Assembly: GCA_028534125.1 (NCBI GenBank) | Contig: CM052817.1 | Location: 39,992,001-40,056,000, forward strand | Length of the DNA: 64,000 nt | Source: Lama glama | Lineage: Eukaryota | Reading direction: 5' to 3' | Shown: positions 56,891-64,000 of the stretch, piece by piece | Position numbering within the stretch: the stretch's first letter is position 1 | Layout: each line of letters begins with the position of its first letter | Position numbers and translations under genes: made by a program | Notes under the pieces: generated by a model | What the model was told of the DNA's origin: nothing | Databases searched by the model: none | The model's input: only the letters and a program-made list of their open reading frames with translations

Positions 56891-57262
56891 TTAATTTTTA
56901 CTTTTTCCTTTATGAGCAACTTTGGATGCATTTTTAGGTTTTGGTTCCCAGAGGGAACTGGATGTCCCTTAGGGTTAATTCCCTGAGTTGCCAAATAAAT
57001 CCCAAACATTGAAGTTAATGTGTAAGCAGAAATTAAATCCACTTTTGCTTGATCAAGTGGGTCCAACTTCTGCAACAATTCGTTGCTAGAAACACACATG
57101 GTCTTCAGCATCTCACCCACAGCATCAATGGAATTCTCAAATGCTGATAAATACTCATGAATTTCTACTGGATAGTCTTCATTCATTTCTTTGCCTGCCA
57201 CTATGACCAACTCACAGGCCTTCCACTCCTGCCTCCCAGAAAGCAACTGGTGGCAATGACAT
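56891..57262 (-). pseudogene. C1D: C1D (nuclear receptor corepressor / exosome cofactor Rrp47) processed pseudogene; 3'UTR-derived sequence probably continues to lower coordinates
   Basis: Intronless translation [81 protein letters not shown] matches C1D. The start is mutated to GTG (57199-57201). An internal deletion with frameshift follows HPV. The original C-terminus [20 protein letters not shown] is in another frame (stop at 56891-56893). Confidence 0.93.
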
Positions 57263-57525
57263 CAAACTGTTTCAAAATTCTTTTAAATGTTTAGGAAAGT
57301 TTACTTCACATAGAATTCATTGTTATTGTGTGTCCTTCCCCAGTTGCCCCCAGCAAAGATCAAAGGGATAGACCGGATGGTTAAGCTCTTTTTTTCATCA
57401 CTCTGCCAGCATAATACTAAACAGAAGCTTAACATGATTTGACTCTTTTTTCCCGTATTCATTCAAGCCTAGAACCAGGGTGAGACAAAGAACCTATAGA
57501 TGGAAAATGTAGGGTACTTACTCTT

Positions 57526-57652
57526 GGGAGAGTATAGCTCAGTGGCAGACTGCATGCTTAACATGCACAAGGTCCTGGGTTCAATCCCCAGTATCTCCAT
57601 TTTAAATAAACCTAATTACCTGCCCCCTTAAAAAAAATTTTTTTTAAAGAAA
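57526..57652 (+). mobile_element. tRNA-derived SINE
   Basis: tagctcagtggcag ... gggttcaatcccc ... cctaattacct with an A-rich tail. Confidence 0.85.
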
Positions 57653-60600
57653 ATACTCACTCAGTGAAATTGCCAGGTCAAAGGATAAGTATATTTTTTG
57701 ATTCTGCTATATTCTTTATAGGCAATACTGCCTTTCAAAGACAGAGTACCAATTTATCATGCCACCAAAAAAATCAATGAGACTGATTTGATTTTGAAAA
57801 ATTAAAAACACCAATCATCCATTTTACAAAACCTTGCCAAGACTGGACGTCATCTCTATGGGGTGGGGAGGAGATCACTGTATCAGATTATAGCCGGTAT
57901 CTCGAGAGTCTTTCGGTGGTATCAGCTAACATATTGAACATTGAAATGGACTGTTACCAATGACTCCTTAGTGATTTTGGTAGATAAGCCTATTTTTCTA
58001 ACTTTAGGGGTGAGGAAACCAAAGCTTAGATTTTTTTGACCTTCAGAAGCCACACAGCTAACAAGTTTCATGGTGGGATTTTATCCCCTATCAGCTCAGC
58101 TACAAACCATGGCTCTTTTTACTACATCACATCCAATTTCTTTATACCATTTTTTTTTAACTTTTGTATTTCTTCCTTCTGAAATACTTGCTCATAGCCT
58201 TTAGATTACTGATTCCGTAATTGAAGCCTTTCAGAAATGAGAGTGGCCAGGCTTCTCACTCCCTCCAAGATCATTTGGAATAGCAGGGTTTTTCCACTAG
58301 AGCCAGGCTGGCGTTAGACTGTGCGTGAGAACATGAGGCGGGATATGGTGCAGTGAGGTCAGAAGTAAGTGCACAGATTACAGTCCCGTTTCAGCCAATT
58401 CCTAGCTGCCACCCTGTAGCCTCTTAACATTGCTGTGACTCAGTTTCCTTGCCAGTTAAGCGGGGGTGAGAATCATACCTACCCCACAGACTTGTGGGGA
58501 GAATTCAATACAGTAATACATGGAAAGCATTAACTGCAGTGCCTAACACATAGAAGGCATTTAATCAATGCTAAGGAGAACAAACAAAGGAGTCCAAAGA
58601 GACAGAAGGAAAAAAGAAGAGCATCTGACTAGGTACGGAATTCCAGATAGTCTATTTTCTCCCAAACTCTACCTACAAACTCCTCGATTTTAAAATGGCA
58701 ATAAATGCACACTAAATCTTCTTTGTTTATTGTATTAAAGGGAGAAAGTAAAATTTAAAACTTGGTCAGCTCTACCAGCATGTAAAAACCAATCAAATTA
58801 TATAATGAAACATCTTTTTTTCACCCCTAAAAAGATACAAGAGTGTACTTAACACAACAAAAAAGAAGGAACACCCACTTTGGCAAGGAAATACTTTCAT
58901 TTTCAAGATAACAAAAACGTATCTTGAAAACTGTTCTGCCTGGATTGCATTGGCCAATAAAAACCTCAAATCTGTACTTTGTAGCATATAGTGGAATGTG
59001 AGCACACTTACTTCTCTCTTGCCTGTGTCATTCACTTCCAGTGAGGTTCTCCCTCAAGCCCAAGACACAGCCTGCCAAGAACCTACTTCTTAACTGTAAG
59101 TACTTTGAAATGAAGCACTTCTTTAAAAGCTTATCTTAGCACTGAAAAAAAAAAGTCTTCTTTACCAGTATTTGATTTCCTTTTTTTTTAATTTCTAACA
59201 TGCTGTATTTTAAGGTTCAGCTGAAAGACCAATGTTTTCTTATCTAACTGCTTAAATTTAGTCAATTTAGTCAAATTCAACATGTGCCAGGCATATGGGA
59301 GATGCCACGCTTTTTAAAGTAGTATAAGATGTTTTGAATCCTTCATCAACTCTGGCTTTCAGCAGGAACACATACTAGGCCTTATGTTTACTAACTTGAT
59401 CATTAATTTCACTCTATTTCATTCACAGGCATGCTTGCTTGTGCCAGTCGAATTTCTTTGCGTTTTGAAACTATTTTGCTTGTTGTTGGTTTTCTTGCCA
59501 TTGGAAATAGAAGACAGGATTTTGCTACTAAACATGAGAATCCTTGAATTTTCAGTATGAAAGTAAGAAAAACAGACTAGAATGCTTTAAAATTAAATTC
59601 TGGTGCTTTATGTAAATGTGTAAAGAAAGATAACCTCCTCACCTCACATTTATCAGCTTTTGAGATGAGAAATTATGAAATGCAAATGTTTTAATCAAAG
59701 TAAAAAAATGAAAAGTTAATCTAAGTGATATATTTAGTACCCAGATTGATTAAATTAATAATATTGATGTCAATCCAATTAATACATTAATAAGATAATG
59801 GTCTGTCCTTCTCAAGAGTAAGGTGTTCCAAGGCAGGGGAGTCAGGTACAAGGTTGGTCATAACTAAGACTAATGGGTGAAATTAAGATGTTTAAGATGT
59901 TTAAAATGTAAGCCAAATCCTGCAAGGTTTCTGGGCATTGAGGTCATTTCACAAAAGGAGCTTTCTAAAGAGAGGAGCTACAGTCCCTCTTCAAAGCTTG
60001 TCCACCGAGTTTCCCATTTAAATTCCCCTTGCCTCCATTTTTCCTTTTTCCTGAGTGGCACCAGCCAACATTTTTCATCACTCTCTCTGCTCCCATGGTA
60101 TCAAAGATGTATGAAACAAAACACCTCTATGGTCATTTAGTGATGGGCAGAGCTGCTGGCCGTGGAGCGGGAACTACTGACGCTCCTTAAATCCTACCAA
60201 ACCCAACACAAGGCTTTCACAAACACTGGACGCCTGCCCAGTAAATGTTTGCTAAAGGGGATTGGATCTGTAGTTATTCTTCACAGAAGAGAAATGAAAA
60301 TACCCAGGGCTGTGAGTTACAAAGTGTGCTCTGTAAGGTCACTGGCGCTGGAATCTACTGAGAAGCCAAGGCTCTGCACGGGCAGGTGGTGCTGAGGTGA
60401 ACAGGGCTGGCTTAGTCTGTGCTCCTAGGTGAGCTGGAGGCCTCAGCATGGGCTGCATCTGCCTGGCATTTTTCTAATTCTCATCAAGTTGTAGCTCCGC
60501 AGAAGGGCCACTTTTCTCTACTTTACACGACAGCATCTCATGGCATAGTGGCAGCAGCCTTGAGGGTGTGCGGTACAGATTCCTGGATCCCAGTCCACCT

Positions 60601-62349
60601 CGCCTAAGTCACAACCTCGGAGTATAGTCCCCAGGAATCTACATCATAAACTAAGTCTCCAAGTAGCTTTTACGCACAGGAAGCACTGAAGGCCACTGAA
60701 CAGAGGAGACAGGCTTGTAGACTAGGTCCCAGAAATTCTTAGAAATATCACTGGGCACTGAAGAGATTCCAGGGGAGTTGTCTTTTGTTCTCTTCCACCA
60801 CCACCCCCACCTCCCCAGTTCCTGCTGTTGCTTTTACTTTGAATGGTTAAGGTTAAAAAATTACTGGATACTTAATGGCTAAAGCAGAGATTTGCAGTTG
60901 TTTGGCATATTTTGTTTCTATTTCACATTTTGCTACAACCTAAAGGATCCCTCAAATTGTGAAATGATATTTAAACCACAGAGCTACAGAGGAGTAAGTG
61001 TGTTTGTTTTCTCCTCTGTTTTATAACCGTCAGGGAGGTACCTCTTGAATAAAACAATCTCACATGAGAAGTCACAAGACCTCTTTCAGAAAAAGCTAAA
61101 TTGGTCAAATGGAAGTGTGGGATGCTGATTCCTAGGGCTACTCTTCCAGGGGAGCTGGATGGAGCAGCCTTCTTCCTGCTGTAGGTAACCTTCACTAGAG
61201 ATACACTCTGAAACCTACTGAGGCCCCCACTCCCTGCTCGGTTCTCTGTACTGAAGTCCACAGAAGCACCTGGGTCTCCACAATTTTCCATATTCAAAAC
61301 AGGAAGTCAAAAACTGTGAAAGAAACAGAAACCGAGAGCTTTGACTTTAGGGCTGAAGACTGTTTCGGACCCCACACAGGTTTCAGCTGTAGACTTTCCT
61401 ACAAACTAACTGGCAGTCAGCACGTGGACGGATTTTCCATGAAGCTGCTCACTACAAAATGTGCAGATGATCGCTGACTGAACTTCAGATGCTCTGGTCT
61501 CAGGCTGCTATAAGGGCTAACTCCAGCCTATCTAAATACACACGTACTTAAAGTACACACTGAGCGAGGACACTCAGTTGAAGGAAAGGATGATTCTATA
61601 ACTGCAGGCAAGTTTCTATACTGAAATCTTCAGATTGCTGTCATTGTATTAAAAATCACAGCATAGACTTCTTGAAAAAAAAACAACTTAAATGAACATG
61701 TTTTTCCTGAGAGAGATCATGGAAAGGATATTCATCATTCATTCATGCAGCTGGTATTTATTGCATGCCAGTTGTGGTGCCAGGCATTGGCTAGGGGCTA
61801 TGGAGAAGAAAATACAGACAGCTCTAAGCTATACGAATAATCAGCATGACCCTTTACATTCCTTCTCTCTCTTTTTTTTTTAAGTCACTAGGTTTGCTTT
61901 TGTTTCCAAATGGGTATTTCTTGTGTTGATTATAAAAGGAATAAATGCTAACCATAAAAACAGAAAACCAGATAATGCACAAAATTACAAAGATAAAAAT
62001 AAAAAATACCTATCAGCCAATTCCCTAGTGATAACCACCCAACATTCTATATAGCCTTTCCTGTCTTTTTCTAATGTTTGATTATTAAAAGGAAACGCAA
62101 AAGAAAATCTGACTGAACATTTTTTTAAAGCATTTCCTGCAATGCCTCTTCTTCCCAGGCCTCAAATATGGGAAGCCATCACCCAAAACTATGGTTTCTA
62201 TCATCTGTGTACTGAGGTTTGCGATACAGAAAAGACCTGGATCCTAGGATGTCTGGCGGTCTAAAGCAGCTCTGGGAAGGAAAGCCATTGCTTAAGTGGT
62301 TTCCAGGGCTGGGCACTAGCCAGTGTCTGATGTGCACCAGCTCCAGCTG

Positions 62350-63510
62350 GCATCACGCATTGAGACCGCGGTAGCGGGCGTGTTAGTGGGCACCTACTGC
62401 GTGCGAGGCCTTGCGCTAGGCTTGTAAGATACGTCAGCGAACACAGCCCACAAAACTGTGCCCTTGTGGAGCTTACATTCCCGATTGGGAGCTTCCTGTT
62501 CCCCAAAAAAAGCTAACTATTGTAAAAAACGGTGAGCAACAGAAATGGCATTGCAATTTCTTTACTTGCTTCTTTGTGAAAGAACGAGTTTGTTTAGAGA
62601 GTTGTGGTTGCTTTCCCGTTACGATGAAAAATAAGCCTGCGCACCACACGTAGAATCTGGAGCCCACCTCAGCGGGGCGAGGTGGGTGGGGGGCTGGGGT
62701 GGTCGTTTCTGTCTTACCTCCCGATCAGTGAGCTGATCAGCCCACCTATCTGATGATAACTTTAAAAAATGTATTATATATGCCTGGTGAGACTGGGCGA
62801 CGGGTGCCGGGAGGGAGAGGCGCCCGACCCTGTCCCCGGTGCTCGAGCGCCACGGCACGACTGCCCGGCCGCTGCCGGTTCCCAGCAGGTCCGGTGCGTC
62901 CGCGAGGTGCAGCCACCTTCAGCTGGCTGTCCCCCGCTTACGGCCGACCCTGCCCGCGGGCTCCGTGCTGGCTGCCCTGGAGAATTCGGGGGCAAATGGG
63001 ACCCTGTTCCAGCAGAGGAGACAGCCGGGTCCTGGGAGGCCGAAAGTGGGGACCAAGTGGAGAACACCTTCCGCGCCCGCAGGCCGCTCGCAGTCACCTT
63101 CCCGAGCGGTCGAGAGGTCGAGAGGTCAGCGCGGCTGAGAAGCCACACCCCGGCCCGCCCCGCACCCGCGGAGGCCACAACTCCCGCGTGCGCCGGAAGC
63201 GGGGGCGGCGGGCTCTCCGCCCTGAAGAGAACCACAGGCTGCGGAAGGGCAGGGAGGGAGGGAGGAAGGGTGTGATGGCTCGACCCAGCGTGACGCCCGC
63301 ATACCCTTCCGCACTCACCCTGCCCTGCTCTTGTCGCGGCCTCCTTGACCCTCCTCCCTGCGAGGGAGTCAGAGCACAGCCAGACGCAAGGTCATTCGCT
63401 CCAACACCTGAGGAGCCTACCCTTACCCTTCAAGATAGACTCCTCCCCGCTACATAGACACCCATAAATGACGCACCCCCGAAATGATCGCCCCCACCCC
63501 CGACCCTCCG
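62350..63510. promoter_or_regulatory. CpG island / probable promoter of an unidentified gene
   Basis: Dense CpG and high GC in non-repeat sequence; GC boxes (~63152-63162, ~63200-63212), ETS-like CCGGAAG (~63193), and minus-strand donor-like sites at 62717 and 63097. Confidence 0.85.
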
Positions 63511-64000
63511 GCTGTTTGTTCACCTACTAGAACTTCCTTCCGCATTGTTTTCTGTGAGATTAACAGTGTTTAAACTTTTATTGTAATAGAGCAGTAAAAG
63601 GCCATTATGGCACCAATCAATCAATCAGAAATCAAAATCAAGCGCCACTTTAATGCATATAAAAGAACAAACAATACATTTTTAATCAGCTTCAACTATT
63701 CCGAATGCATTTTATGGTGTTTTACACAAAAAAGAAATTCTTTAGAATGGTTCCTAATAATTATAAGGGGGAAATGAAACCACAGTTCAAAAATCTTATT
63801 ATGGCTATATTTGCATTATATACTACTTGGGTTTAGGGATATATTTTTCTAGTGTTTGTAGCAGATTGCTTTTGTATTTTTCATTCTAAATCCTATGGGG
63901 CTCTTCTCTCCCCGAATTCTCTTTTATGTTTTGTTTTGTTATTTTTTTAGAAATAATTTTAGATTTATGAAAAATGTTGCAAAAATAGTACACAAAAAAA

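Noticed and set aside
62753..63457. 234-aa and other Arg/Pro/Gly-rich ORFs
   Set aside because: Typical CpG-island artefact; several frames on both strands are open and none resembles a known protein.
1..64000. CRISPR arrays, prokaryotic operons or foreign inserts
   Set aside because: No regularly spaced repeat-spacer arrays or long dense ORFs; composition is uniformly mammalian.

Overview
Mammalian genomic DNA, probably camelid (inferred from repeated ~100-140 bp tRNA-derived SINEs resembling the camelid Vic-1 type). The one intact protein-coding gene I can reconstruct is a spliced PLAC8-family (onzin-like) gene on the + strand. It has coding exons 13966-14062, 15793-15917 and 20538-20642 (108 aa) and a separate 3'UTR exon from 22347. 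It is diverged enough from human PLAC8 that it may be a paralog. The window also holds a C1D processed pseudogene (- strand, ~56.9-57.26 kb), a full-length but disabled LINE-1 with a target-site duplication (48208-55549, containing a 500-N gap), truncated and nested L1s, SINEs, LTR and DNA-transposon relics, and a CpG-island promoter at ~62.35-63.5 kb whose gene I cannot identify. Most entries in the ORF track are noise or L1-derived. I found no convincing evidence of a wholly novel biological system. The best leads are the PLAC8-like gene, its possible nesting inside an antisense host intron, and a C1D retrocopy that has regained an open reading frame. Comparisons with human proteins and repeat-family names are from memory, not database searches.
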